Of a stretch of DNA of 64,000 nucleotides, positions 1-9,132 are shown one piece after another. Position numbers and translations under genes: made by a program. The stretch lies in the NCBI GenBank assembly GCA_963835065.1, contig CAWIEK010000049.1, positions 224,001 through 288,000 of the forward strand, given 5' to 3'. The notes beneath the pieces were generated by a model, which saw only the letters and a list, made by a program, of their open reading frames with translations, ran no database searches and was not told the origin of the DNA. Numbering within the stretch: the first letter of the stretch is position 1; every line of letters begins with the position of its first letter. This stretch comes from an uncultured Chthonomonadaceae bacterium. Lineage in GTDB: Bacteria; Armatimonadota; Chthonomonadetes; Chthonomonadales; Chthonomonadaceae.

Positions 1-27
1 CGACGACGCTCTGCGCGACGCAGACCA

Positions 28-888
28 TTGAACGTTAGCGGGATCAAAACGGCTATCGTGTTTGTGGTAGGCTGGATAACGGCACTGGTGAGCGGGATTA
101 CGGGGCTTGGGGCGCAAAGCGCGTATGCGCCGATGCTGACGTGGATGCTGGGGTTTGCTCCCGACAAGGCGCAGGGAACCGCGCTGAATTTCGGGGCGTG
201 GACAGCATTGGCGGCGGTGCTTGGGGCGTATGCGGCGGGCGCGATGCCTGCCCATTTTATCGTAAGCGGCCTTGTTTTGGTGATTGGCGCGATTGTGGGC
301 GCGTTGTTGGCCGCGCCGGTTGTTCGCAAATTGCAGGGGCAGGGATGGCGGCGAACGTTCCAGTCAATTGGAATCGCGCTGATGATGGCGGTGATTGTTC
401 AGGTGTCGCATACGAGCAGCCTGCTTGCCGGGAAGCCGAACATTGCGGAATGGCAGTCGCCGGGCTTGCTTTTGTTGTTGGGTGTGGGCGTTGGGGCGGC
501 AACGCAGGTGTTGGGAGTGGCGGGTGGTACGCTGCTGGTTCCAGCATTGTATTTTTTCAGTGGCCTGCGCAGTGTTTCGAGCGGCGCGAGTGTTTTAGGC
601 AATCACGCGGCTCCGGCTGTGGGTTTGTCGCTGTTCGTGATCGCGCTGGCTTCCGCGTTGCCGGCGATGGCGTACAATCGTAAGGGGTTGGTAGATGATA
701 GTCTGCGGACGCCGATTATTGTGGCGGGATTGCTTGGCGGGTTTTGTGGCGGATGGATACTGCCTTCCATTACGGCGCGGGTTGTGATGGTGGTATCGGC
801 GTTTATCGCCATGTTCCTGTGCGCTCGTGAGTTGGCGCGTATGTCTTTGGAAAGTAATACTGCTGATAGTAGTTCGCCGCAGGTATGA
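28..888 (+). CDS. Sulfite exporter TauE/SafE family membrane protein
   Basis: Very hydrophobic 286 aa with duplicated G-x-G-x-GG / P-x-L motifs (SGITGLGAQSAYAPML; LGVAGGTLLVPAL). Confidence 0.8.
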   Translation: MNVSGIKTAIVFVVGWITALVSGITGLGAQSAYAPMLTWMLGFAPDKAQGTALNFGAWTALAAVLGAYAAGAMPAHFIVSGLVLVIGAIVGALLAAPVVRKLQGQGWRRTFQSIGIALMMAVIVQVSHTSSLLAGKPNIAEWQSPGLLLLLGVGVGAATQVLGVAGGTLLVPALYFFSGLRSVSSGASVLGNHAAPAVGLSLFVIALASALPAMAYNRKGLVDDSLRTPIIVAGLLGGFCGGWILPSITARVVMVVSAFIAMFLCARELARMSLESNTADSSSPQV

Positions 889-986
889 ATATGGGAGGGT
901 GTCGGGTGTTGGGTGTCGGGTGTGTGGGCGCTCTCATTATGCGGTATGGAAACTTGCGGGTGTTGGCTTAGGGAAGGGGCGTGGGT

Positions 987-1892
987 ATGCAGTTCGGATT
1001 CAGCAATCCGTTCAAGAAGATTGCGCAGAAAATTGATCAGATTGTGACCGGGCGCGGACGCATTGACGAGGACTTGTTCGAGGAACTGGAAATCCTGCTG
1101 ATTCAGGCCGACGTGAATGTGCGTACCACGCAAATGATTCTGGCTGAATTGCAGGCGGCGGTTCAGGATGAGCGGATGCAGACCATCGGGCAAGTGACGG
1201 CGCGGATGAAAGCGTATCTCGTAAAAGTGCTGCAGGCGGGAGCGGGGCCGGAGGGCAACCGCTTGAAAGTGGCGGATGCGGCTCCAACGCTGTACTTGAT
1301 TGTGGGCGTGAATGGCGTCGGTAAAACAACCACGATTGGAAAACTGACCCACCGGCTGCAAAAACATCATAAGAAAGTGATTCTGGCGGCGGGGGATACG
1401 TTTCGCGCGGCGGCGATTGACCAGTTGGAGATTTGGGCGAACCGAAACCACACGGAAATGGTACGGCATAAGGAAGGCGCAGACCCTTCGGCGGTGATTT
1501 TCGATGCGATCAAAGCGGCGCGGGCGCGGGGCGCGGATTACGTGATTGCAGATACGGCGGGGCGGCTGCACAACCGCAGTCATTTGATGGAAGAATTGAA
1601 GAAGATCAACCGGATTACGGAACGCGAGTTGGGCAGGCCGGCGGATGAAGTATTGCTGGTGCTGGACGCGACGACGGGGCAAAACGGCATCAGTCAGGCA
1701 AAGCAGTTTTTGAACACGGTTCCCCTGACGGGAATCGCGCTCGCCAAATTGGACGGCACGGCGCGGGGCGGCATCGTCATCACGATTGCCGATGAATTGA
1801 AATTGCCTATCAAGCTGGTGGGAACGGGCGAAAAGCTGGACGATCTGGATGTGTTCGATCCGGGTAAGTTCGTGGACAGTTTGCTGGAGTAG
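987..1892 (+). CDS. ftsY: Signal recognition particle receptor FtsY
   Basis: GVNGVGKTTT, DTFRAAA, DTAGR, DATTGQN and KLDGTARGG SRP-GTPase motifs. Confidence 0.97.
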   Translation: MQFGFSNPFKKIAQKIDQIVTGRGRIDEDLFEELEILLIQADVNVRTTQMILAELQAAVQDERMQTIGQVTARMKAYLVKVLQAGAGPEGNRLKVADAAPTLYLIVGVNGVGKTTTIGKLTHRLQKHHKKVILAAGDTFRAAAIDQLEIWANRNHTEMVRHKEGADPSAVIFDAIKAARARGADYVIADTAGRLHNRSHLMEELKKINRITERELGRPADEVLLVLDATTGQNGISQAKQFLNTVPLTGIALAKLDGTARGGIVITIADELKLPIKLVGTGEKLDDLDVFDPGKFVDSLLE

Positions 1893-1902
1893 ATTAGCTT
1901 TT

Positions 1903-2739
1903 ATGGTCAGACACATTCGGAAGGTTATCTCTGTGGAGGTACATTCGCTTGCCAGTGGCAGCAGCGGCAACGCGATGCTGGTTCGGGCAGGCGATACAAA
2001 TTTGCTGATTGATGCGGGACTGCCGGTACGGACGCTTGCCAACGCCTTGCTCAATCGTGGCGTTGCGGCGGCGGACTTTCACGGCATTTTATTGACGCAC
2101 GAACATAGCGATCATAGCTGTGGCGCGGGCGGATTGGCGCGGCGGAACAAAACGCCCTTAATTGCCAATGCGGCGACGTTTCAGGCGTACACGGAGCGTG
2201 ACGCGCTGCCATTTATGGCGCAGGAACTTGCGACGGGAAACACAACCGCAATTGGCAGCATCGGTATACGGTCGTTTGCGGTCAGCCATGACGCGGCGGA
2301 ACCGGTTGGATATGTGCTGGAAGCGGGAACCACGCGGATTGTATATTTTACGGACACGGGCTGTGTAACGCCGGTGATACGGGAAGCGCTGCACGGGGTG
2401 CATTTAGCGATTGTGGAGGCCAATCACGATCTCGAATGGCTGCGTCGTGGGCCGTATGCGCCGCACATGAAAGAGCGCGTAGCGTCGGATACGGGGCATC
2501 TGTCGAACAGCGATTGCGCGGATGTGCTGGCGGAACGATTGGACGAGGAAGGGACGTGCAGTATTTGGCTGGCGCATTTGTCGCGGGTCAATAATTCGAC
2601 GGCATTGGCGCGTCGAACCGTGCAGCAGCGGATTATGCAGCACACGCGAACGCCGTTTTCCTTAGAGGTGGCGCTGCGGGATCAAGTGAGTTTGACGTGG
2701 ACGCCGGGGAAGCAGGCCGTACAGTTGGCGTTGTTGTAG
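1903..2739 (+). CDS. MBL-fold metallo-hydrolase (YycJ/WalJ-like)
   Basis: SLASGSSGN, THEHSDH, HDAAEP, TDTG, EANHD, GHLSN, LAHLS motifs. Confidence 0.9.
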   Translation: MVRHIRKVISVEVHSLASGSSGNAMLVRAGDTNLLIDAGLPVRTLANALLNRGVAAADFHGILLTHEHSDHSCGAGGLARRNKTPLIANAATFQAYTERDALPFMAQELATGNTTAIGSIGIRSFAVSHDAAEPVGYVLEAGTTRIVYFTDTGCVTPVIREALHGVHLAIVEANHDLEWLRRGPYAPHMKERVASDTGHLSNSDCADVLAERLDEEGTCSIWLAHLSRVNNSTALARRTVQQRIMQHTRTPFSLEVALRDQVSLTWTPGKQAVQLALL

Positions 2740-2744
2740 TTTGA

Positions 2745-2798
2745 CCTCACCCCAACCCCTCTCCTTGCCGCGCAACGCGCTAGGAGAGGGGCTTTTTT
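2745..2798 (+). terminator. REP-like hairpin (CCCCTCTCCT...AGGAGAGGGG) followed by T-run; probable intrinsic terminator
   Basis: Inverted repeat plus TTTTTT directly after the stop codon; related hairpins at 17032-17071 and 26281-26322. Confidence 0.7.
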
Positions 2799-2885
2799 GT
2801 GTTTTACAGGGGTAGTGAAGTGTGGGGAGTATTGGATACGGTTTGAGAGGATAGGGTGTTCTCGTGTAAGTTGTGGCTGTGAAGA

Positions 2886-3266
2886 TCAGGGGAGTACGGC
2901 GATGGCTTCTATTTCTACGTCTACGTCTAAGGGGAGTCGGGCTACTTGGACGCAGCTTCGGGCGGGCTTGATGTCGCCGAAGTATTGGGAGTAGACGGCG
3001 TTGAGGCGGGCGAAGTTGTTCATGTCCGCGAGGAAAACGACGACTTTGACGCAATGTTCCAGATCGGTTCCGGCGGCTTTGAGGATGCGTTCGACGTTGG
3101 CGATACAGAGACGGACTTCGCCTTCAAAATCGTCGCGCAATACTTCTTTGGTTTCGGTGTTCATGGGAACCTGCCCGGAAACGAAGACGAGATTGCCGGT
3201 GATGATGCCGAGAGAGTAGGGAGCGCCGGTGGCGGGAGCGCCCGTGTTGACGGCTTGCTTGTTCAT
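2886..3266 (-). CDS. RidA/YjgF family enamine deaminase
   Basis: APYS, VFVSGQVP, N..Y..YF, PARSCVQVARLP, VEIEAIA motifs; GGAGG SD upstream. Confidence 0.93.
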   Translation of the reverse strand: MNKQAVNTGAPATGAPYSLGIITGNLVFVSGQVPMNTETKEVLRDDFEGEVRLCIANVERILKAAGTDLEHCVKVVVFLADMNNFARLNAVYSQYFGDIKPARSCVQVARLPLDVDVEIEAIAVLP

Positions 3267-3606
3267 GTGAACCTCCATAGAGAAAATAGATCAAACGCGC
3301 TATGTTTCGCCAATAGAGGGGTGAATTCCTGCTGATAAAGGAAAATTGACGCGCAATATTGAACTTGCTTTAAGAGCAATACTGTTCAAGTAGTGTCGTT
3401 TCGTGAAGGTGAAAGGGATTCTATGTAAGGCGGCAGATGCCGTAGAATGTGGGGAGTCCGTGCAATGCCGCGCAAAAAGATTAAGCGGAAAGAAGTCCGT
3501 GTAATAACATTTTAATTTTTTGCGCGGCTGTGATAACGAAGTCCGCCTGCGCGAACTATACCGGCCTTGTGTCGAAGTTTCTAAGGCGCTTGCGAGAGGC
3601 TCCGTT

Positions 3607-4053
3607 GTGGTGAATGACGAACAAAATGGTGATACGCCGCTGTGGAAATCCACTTTGGGCGTGAAGGAGGAAACCGAGGCGCAAAGGCGTTTTGAAGCCC
3701 TGTGGTCAAAGGAATTGCTTCCTAAAGTCCGGGCGTTTTTGCGGGGCAGGGGAGTGAAGGACGACGATCTGGAGGACTTGCTGCTGGATACGAGTTTGAG
3801 GATGTGGCAGGCGCTTTGCAAACCGCGTTCGCCGGAGTTTGCAATCGGCAACATGCAGGCTTATGCGAAAAAAGTGGCCTTTAGCGTACTGACAGAGTAT
3901 CTGAACAGAAGTCTCAAACGGCAGCCGAACAAAAAGAAGCTGCTTCATGCGGTGTGGGATACGCTGAGTGCCGGAGAAGTATTCGCGTGTTGGGAACAGC
4001 GGGGCGAAAAGTGGTGCGGGCTTGCATCATGGGAACGCCCCCGGACACGTTGA
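3607..4053 (+). pseudogene. N-terminal (region 2) fragment of an ECF-type sigma-70 factor, truncated
   Basis: FEALW..ELLPKVRAFLRGRG...DDLEDLL.DT.LRMW...F....AY...VA; no region-4 HTH; runs into an unrelated Rpn fragment at about 4030-4050. Confidence 0.55.
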
Positions 4054-4550
4054 TACAGGCCGGTTCGGCGGTAGCCTTAGCGCTGCGGGCATTGCAGGCG
4101 GCGGACGAACCGAAGGAAGTATTGGAGCAGGCGCTGCATGAGGTCGTCTCTCTTCTGGATGCGTTGCCGCAGAGTGCAAAGGCGGAATGGAGCCGGGCGA
4201 TGCACTTCCTCTACCTGCTCATTCTCAACAAGCGCGATGCCGACGAGCAGGAAGAATTGAAAGACGTGATGGATGAGGCAGTCTTGCAGAAGCGAGACGA
4301 GTTCAAGGAGGTCGAAATGACAGGAGCACAGGCGCTGATCAATCAGGGCAAACGGGAAGGACGCAAGGAAGGAAGACAGGAGGGAAGACAGGAAGGAAAA
4401 CTGGAAACGCTTTTGGAACTGCTGGAAGCCAAGTTCGGCCCGCTCTCGGAGGCAACGGTGGCAAGCGTGAATGCGCTGCCCGCGAACCGCCTTTCTGCTA
4501 TGACGCGGCGCATCTTGACCGCCGCTTCTCTGGCCGAACTGGAACTTTAA
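4030..4550 (+). pseudogene. C-terminal half of an Rpn/YhgA-like (DUF4351-type tail) protein; nuclease domain missing; internal small ORF 4317-4550 intact
   Basis: MTGAQALINQGKREGRKEGRQEGRQEGK...LLEAKFGPL...RILTAASLAEL tail typical of the Rpn family; AAGGAGG at 4305-4311 before ATG 4317. Confidence 0.75.
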
Positions 4551-4634
4551 GACCAACACCGTTCAAACAAGAAAGTTTGATATAGGCCGAGCAACACTTC
4601 GTATGGCCTTGTGTTTTATAGTCAATCTCATAAC

Positions 4635-6495
4635 ATGGATAAACAAGAAGCATCTGGCGCAGATGAAAATGGCGCGTTTGTTCGTTTTGCTCAAGTTGCG
4701 GAGAAGGTAGGCGCGACGACGAAGCGGCTGGAAAAAGCGGCGCTGATTGGCGATTATTTTACGTCGTTAGTGGACGCGGATTTGGCGCTGGCGGCGCGTT
4801 ACTTTGCGGGGTATGCGTTTTCCCTGCGGGATCAGCGCAATATCAATATCGGCACGGCGGCGCTACTGGCGGCGATACAAGCGGTCAGTCAAGTTGCCGG
4901 ATGAGGAATTGCGGCAACGGTTGGTTGTTTTGGGCGATCCGGGCGATATGGCGAGGGAGGTTTTCGCAAAGGGCGCAAACGCGGACATAGCGCCAACCCT
5001 GATGCTGTCGGATGCGGCAAACGCGCTGGAAACACTGGCGGCGACAAGTGGCTCCAAACAGAAAACGCAGCAAGTCACGCAACTGCTGCATCGGGCGACG
5101 CCGCTCGAAGCAAAGTATCTGGTAAAAATGCTGTCGGGAGATTTGCGGATTGGCTTGAAGGAGGGCGCGGTTGAGGACGCTATTGCCCGGCTGGCGCATA
5201 CGGAAGTGGGGCGTATTCAGTGGGTGAATATGCTGACAGGAGACATTGGCGAAACCGCGCTGCTGGCGCGTCGCAATGAACTGGACACGGCAAAACTGCA
5301 TTTGTTTCATCCCATCAAGTTCATGCTGGCGACTCCCGCCGCCGATTTAGTGGACGTGCAAAAACAAATGCCGGAACGGTTTGTCGTGGAAGATAAATTC
5401 GACGGCATACGGGCGCAAGCGCATGTCGCCCCGGCAGTGGAAGGCGAGACAACACTGCACGGCGTGGTGCATAATGGTGTCCGCGTGGCCTTGTTTTCGC
5501 GCACACTGGATGAGATTACAGGCAGTTTTCCTGATTTAGTCGCGCCCCTTGCGGCACTGCTGAAAACGAAAGTGGCAATAGGAGCGGACGCGGATAACGA
5601 TGAAAGTGAAAACGGGAGTGGCCTCCTGACCGGGAGTGAAGCCGCAAGTGATAGTGCGGGGCTGATACTGGATGGAGAAATTGTTCCGGTGCAAGGCGAA
5701 AAGATATTGCCGTTTCAGCAATTGCAGCAACGCTTGAACCGCAAAGTATTTCCGCCGGAACTGCTTGCCAACATTCCCGCCGCGTTTGTGGCTTATGATG
5801 CGCTGTATGCGCAGGGACAGATTTTGCTGGAAGAACCATTTGCAAAGCGTCGAGAACAGTTGGAGCGATTGGACGTGGACGGGCAGACGGTTCGCCGCGC
5901 CGCTTCCCGGACGTTTGCCGATGTGACGGAACTGGATGCCGAATTCGTGGAAGCGCGGGCGCGTGGCAACGAAGGCTTGATGGTGAAAGACCCGGCTTCG
6001 CCCTACAAACCGGGACGGCGCGGGCGCGACTGGCTGAAAATCAAGAAGGCGCTGGCAACGCTGGATGTGGTGGTGACTTCAGTAGAAGTCGGGTCAGGAC
6101 GGCGCAGCAAGTTTCTGTCGGATTATACATTTGCCGTTCGCGCCAGTGAAACGGATGACACGCTGCTTAACGTCGGCAAAGCGTACAGCGGCCTGACGGA
6201 TGAGGAAGTGACGGCCTTGAGCGAGTGGTTCCGGGCGCATACGCTTCAGGAGTTCGCTCATGGCAAGGTGCGCGTGGTGGAGCCTCATATCGTGATGGAG
6301 ATTACGTTTGACCGCGTACAGCCTTCCAAACGGCACAAAAGCGGGTACGCCCTGCGGTTTCCGCGTATCCTGCGCATCCGGCATGACAAGCCCGTTGCGG
6401 AAATTGACACGCTGGCAGCGGTTCGCGCTCTTGCCGAAGAAGCCGGGGCAGAAGAACCGGACAATGAAGCCGGTGCGGAGGCGGAAAGCGCATGA
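4635..6495 (+). CDS. ATP-dependent DNA ligase (apparent frameshift near 4900)
   Basis: EDKFDGIR, LDGE, EGLMVK, YKPGRRG..WLKIK, GYALRFPR motifs; N-terminal domain lies in ORF 4611-4904. Confidence 0.93.
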
Positions 6496-7574
6496 CATCC
6501 CTAAAGGAAACCACCCCTGACCCAACGCCAAGTTTGGACAGCGCACAAACTGCCTTTAATGCGTTTTTAGAGCGGGCGACTCCAGTAACGCGCATTGTCG
6601 GGCTGCACGACTTAGATGCGGATGGCGTAACGGCAGGTGTCGTGTGGCAGCGCGGTCTGGAGCGACTTGGTTATGCGCCGTCGCGTTTAATTCCCAACCG
6701 CGAACGCAACGCTTGGACGCCAGCAACCCGCGAACGGCTGACCGCAATGAACCCGGAAATGCTGTTTGTTATGGATTTGGGCAGTCAGAACACCCCCATT
6801 TTGCCGGACGTGCCGACGTGCTTTATTGACCACCATCACCCGGAAGGCTGCCCGCCCGGCGATACCCTCATCAGCGCATATACATGGAACCCCATTCCCA
6901 ATACCTCCCTGCTCGTGTACGATTTGCTTCTGCCCCGTGTGGATGTTTCCGATCTGGATTGGATAGCCGCTATTGGAGCCTTGAGCGATCTGGGAGACAA
7001 AGCGCCGTTTGAACTGGTGGATCAGGCGAAGAAAAAATATACGGCCAAGTATCTGCGGGAAGCAACATCACTGGTAAATGCTTCCCGCCGCGCCAGTGAT
7101 TACAACCCGGAAGCGGCAGCCCGCGCCCTACTCAGCCATGACAGCCCACGCGCTTTAGTGGAATCAGCTTCTGCCGACGTGGAGTTTCTGCGTACCGCCC
7201 GCGAGGAAGTAAAAGGCGCATTGGAAGAAGCCCGCAAAGCCGCGCCGACATTTGCCGGACAGGTAGCGCTTGTCCGGCTGAACACGCCCTGTCAGGTACA
7301 CCCCCTCATCGCGCAAAGCTGGCGGACGCGCCTGCCCAAATACATCGTCATTGTCGCCAATGAAGGCTACATGCCCGGACGAATAAACTTTTCTGCCCGA
7401 TCAATGGCGGATAAAAACGTGCTGGAATTCCTGCGTGGCTTCGATTTGGGCGAAGGCGAAGGCCATTTCGGGCACGGGCACGATCAGGCGTCCGGCGGCA
7501 GCCTGCCCGTTGACCGCTGGAACCTGCTGCTGGAAAAAATGGGCTTCCCGCCGAATGTGAGAGCCGGAAATTAA
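6492..7574 (+). CDS. DHH/DHHA1 family phosphoesterase (RecJ-like)
   Basis: HDLDADG, MDLG, IDHH, GHGHDQASG motifs; ATGA overlap with the ligase stop. Confidence 0.85.
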   Translation: MTSLKETTPDPTPSLDSAQTAFNAFLERATPVTRIVGLHDLDADGVTAGVVWQRGLERLGYAPSRLIPNRERNAWTPATRERLTAMNPEMLFVMDLGSQNTPILPDVPTCFIDHHHPEGCPPGDTLISAYTWNPIPNTSLLVYDLLLPRVDVSDLDWIAAIGALSDLGDKAPFELVDQAKKKYTAKYLREATSLVNASRRASDYNPEAAARALLSHDSPRALVESASADVEFLRTAREEVKGALEEARKAAPTFAGQVALVRLNTPCQVHPLIAQSWRTRLPKYIVIVANEGYMPGRINFSARSMADKNVLEFLRGFDLGEGEGHFGHGHDQASGGSLPVDRWNLLLEKMGFPPNVRAGN

Positions 7575-7749
7575 CCACCCGCTGCGCTAGAGACACAGAG
7601 ACACAGAGAAAAAGCCGATACGAGAAGGAGAACGAGAGGAGGAGAACCGCTTTTTCTGAGGTTCCTATCTCTTCTCTTCTCCTTTTCTTCTCTTCTTCTT
7701 TTCTCTGTGAAACCTCTGTGCCTCTGTGTCTCTAGCGCAGCGGGTGGTT
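7573..7749. repeat. MITE-like element with 36-bp terminal inverted repeats
   Basis: 7573-7608 AACCACCCGCTGCGCTAGAGACACAGAGACACAGAG vs reverse complement of 7714-7749, 35/36 match; non-coding purine/pyrimidine-skewed interior. Confidence 0.8.
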
Positions 7750-7757
7750 TATTCTCC

Positions 7758-8924
7758 TTATCCCCACCAGAAGGACGTGGCAAGAATGCCGTACAGCCCG
7801 ATCAACGCCAGCCCTTCCAGCCAGTTGGATTCGCCGTCGTAGACGATGATGGTGTTAATGACGGTGGTAAGGCCGAGCGCGACGACGAGCAGGGGCGGCA
7901 AGTTCAGCGTCAGGGGATGGGCGGGGCTGACGACGAGACTGAGCAGGACGAGAGCGGGGCCAAGCGCAAGGGCTACTTGCAGGGAACTGTTGAGGATCAC
8001 GCTGACGGCGAAATCGGATTGGTTTTTATAGGCAAGCTGGATACCGACGACGTTTTCCACCGCATTACCCGCAATAGCAACCAGCACCAAGCCCGTAAAG
8101 GCTTCCGACAGATGCAGGATTTTAATGGCCGGCTGCATGGCGTCCACGAACCAATCGGAAACAAACGCGGAGCCAACGCCGGCAAGCGTGAGCAGGGTAA
8201 CGGCAAGCCACATCGGCCAGGCGTGATGTGGAGGCGCAGGAGCGTTATCGGGAGCAGAAGTATTATCCGTTGCCGGAGCGTTACTGACAGCAGGAATGTT
8301 GTCGTTGGCAGGAGGAATGACATTCGCAGGGGCTTGGTTGGCGGAATAGGGTTCGGAGGTCGGGTTTTTCAGAAAAAACGGGATACTGGCAACAAAGATT
8401 AACAGGAGGACGACGGAACTTGCCACGCTGAGGGAATTGATGTGGGCACTGACGGGCGCGTGTAGATTTTCGGCCAGCGTAGGGATCACGAGTGCGGCAA
8501 CGGCAAGCGCCATAAGCGTGACGAGCAGGCGCGGCTGCTCCTTGTGAAACTTCTGCGTCCCGTTTTTGATGCCGCCGACAAAGAATGCCAACCCAAGTAC
8601 GAGCAGGGAATTGCCCAGAATGGAGCCGACAAGCGCGGCCTGTACCACGGTGACAAGGCCGGCGCGAAGGCTGAAAATGCCGATGAACAGTTCGGGCAGG
8701 TTGCCCAGGGCGGACTGCAAGACGCCGGTTGCGCCAGGCCCGAGTTTGCCGCCAAGCTGTTCCGTAGCCTGCCCCACCATAGCCGCCAGCATTGCCAGCG
8801 CGACGCCGCACACCACAAACAACAGCACGGGGTTGATGTGCAGGCGCGTGAGTACGGCGGCGAGTATGGAAGCGACGAGGGCAATCAGAACGATACGGCG
8901 CTCACCCGGTTTTAAGGTTGACAT
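7758..8924 (-). CDS. Calcium/proton exchanger (CAX/ChaA family)
   Basis: GNLPEL, GSILGNSLL, IAGNAVE, NSSLQVAL, DGESNWLEG motifs. Confidence 0.92.
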   Translation of the reverse strand: MSTLKPGERRIVLIALVASILAAVLTRLHINPVLLFVVCGVALAMLAAMVGQATEQLGGKLGPGATGVLQSALGNLPELFIGIFSLRAGLVTVVQAALVGSILGNSLLVLGLAFFVGGIKNGTQKFHKEQPRLLVTLMALAVAALVIPTLAENLHAPVSAHINSLSVASSVVLLLIFVASIPFFLKNPTSEPYSANQAPANVIPPANDNIPAVSNAPATDNTSAPDNAPAPPHHAWPMWLAVTLLTLAGVGSAFVSDWFVDAMQPAIKILHLSEAFTGLVLVAIAGNAVENVVGIQLAYKNQSDFAVSVILNSSLQVALALGPALVLLSLVVSPAHPLTLNLPPLLVVALGLTTVINTIIVYDGESNWLEGLALIGLYGILATSFWWG

Positions 8925-9132
8925 TCGGCCTCACAAGAAGCGACGTTGAGATATATTTCAGTATGGAGCGCAGAGGAAACCACAGATTAACGGCCTCATC
9001 CCATGCGCGGCAAACGCTCGTAGTGTAAATCCTGGCATTTCCACAACCGGCGCGAACGTGGAAGTGTCTACGTCGTTCTGCTGCAAAATACTCGTAAGTT
9101 CATCCATGATTTGACCAATATTTCGATTCGAG

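Noticed and set aside
603..2054. Long antisense ORFs (e.g. 603-2054, 12682-13611, 28162-29109, 34474-35634, 38055-39077)
   Set aside because: Shadow frames of well-supported opposite-strand genes in high-GC DNA, with no recognisable motifs.
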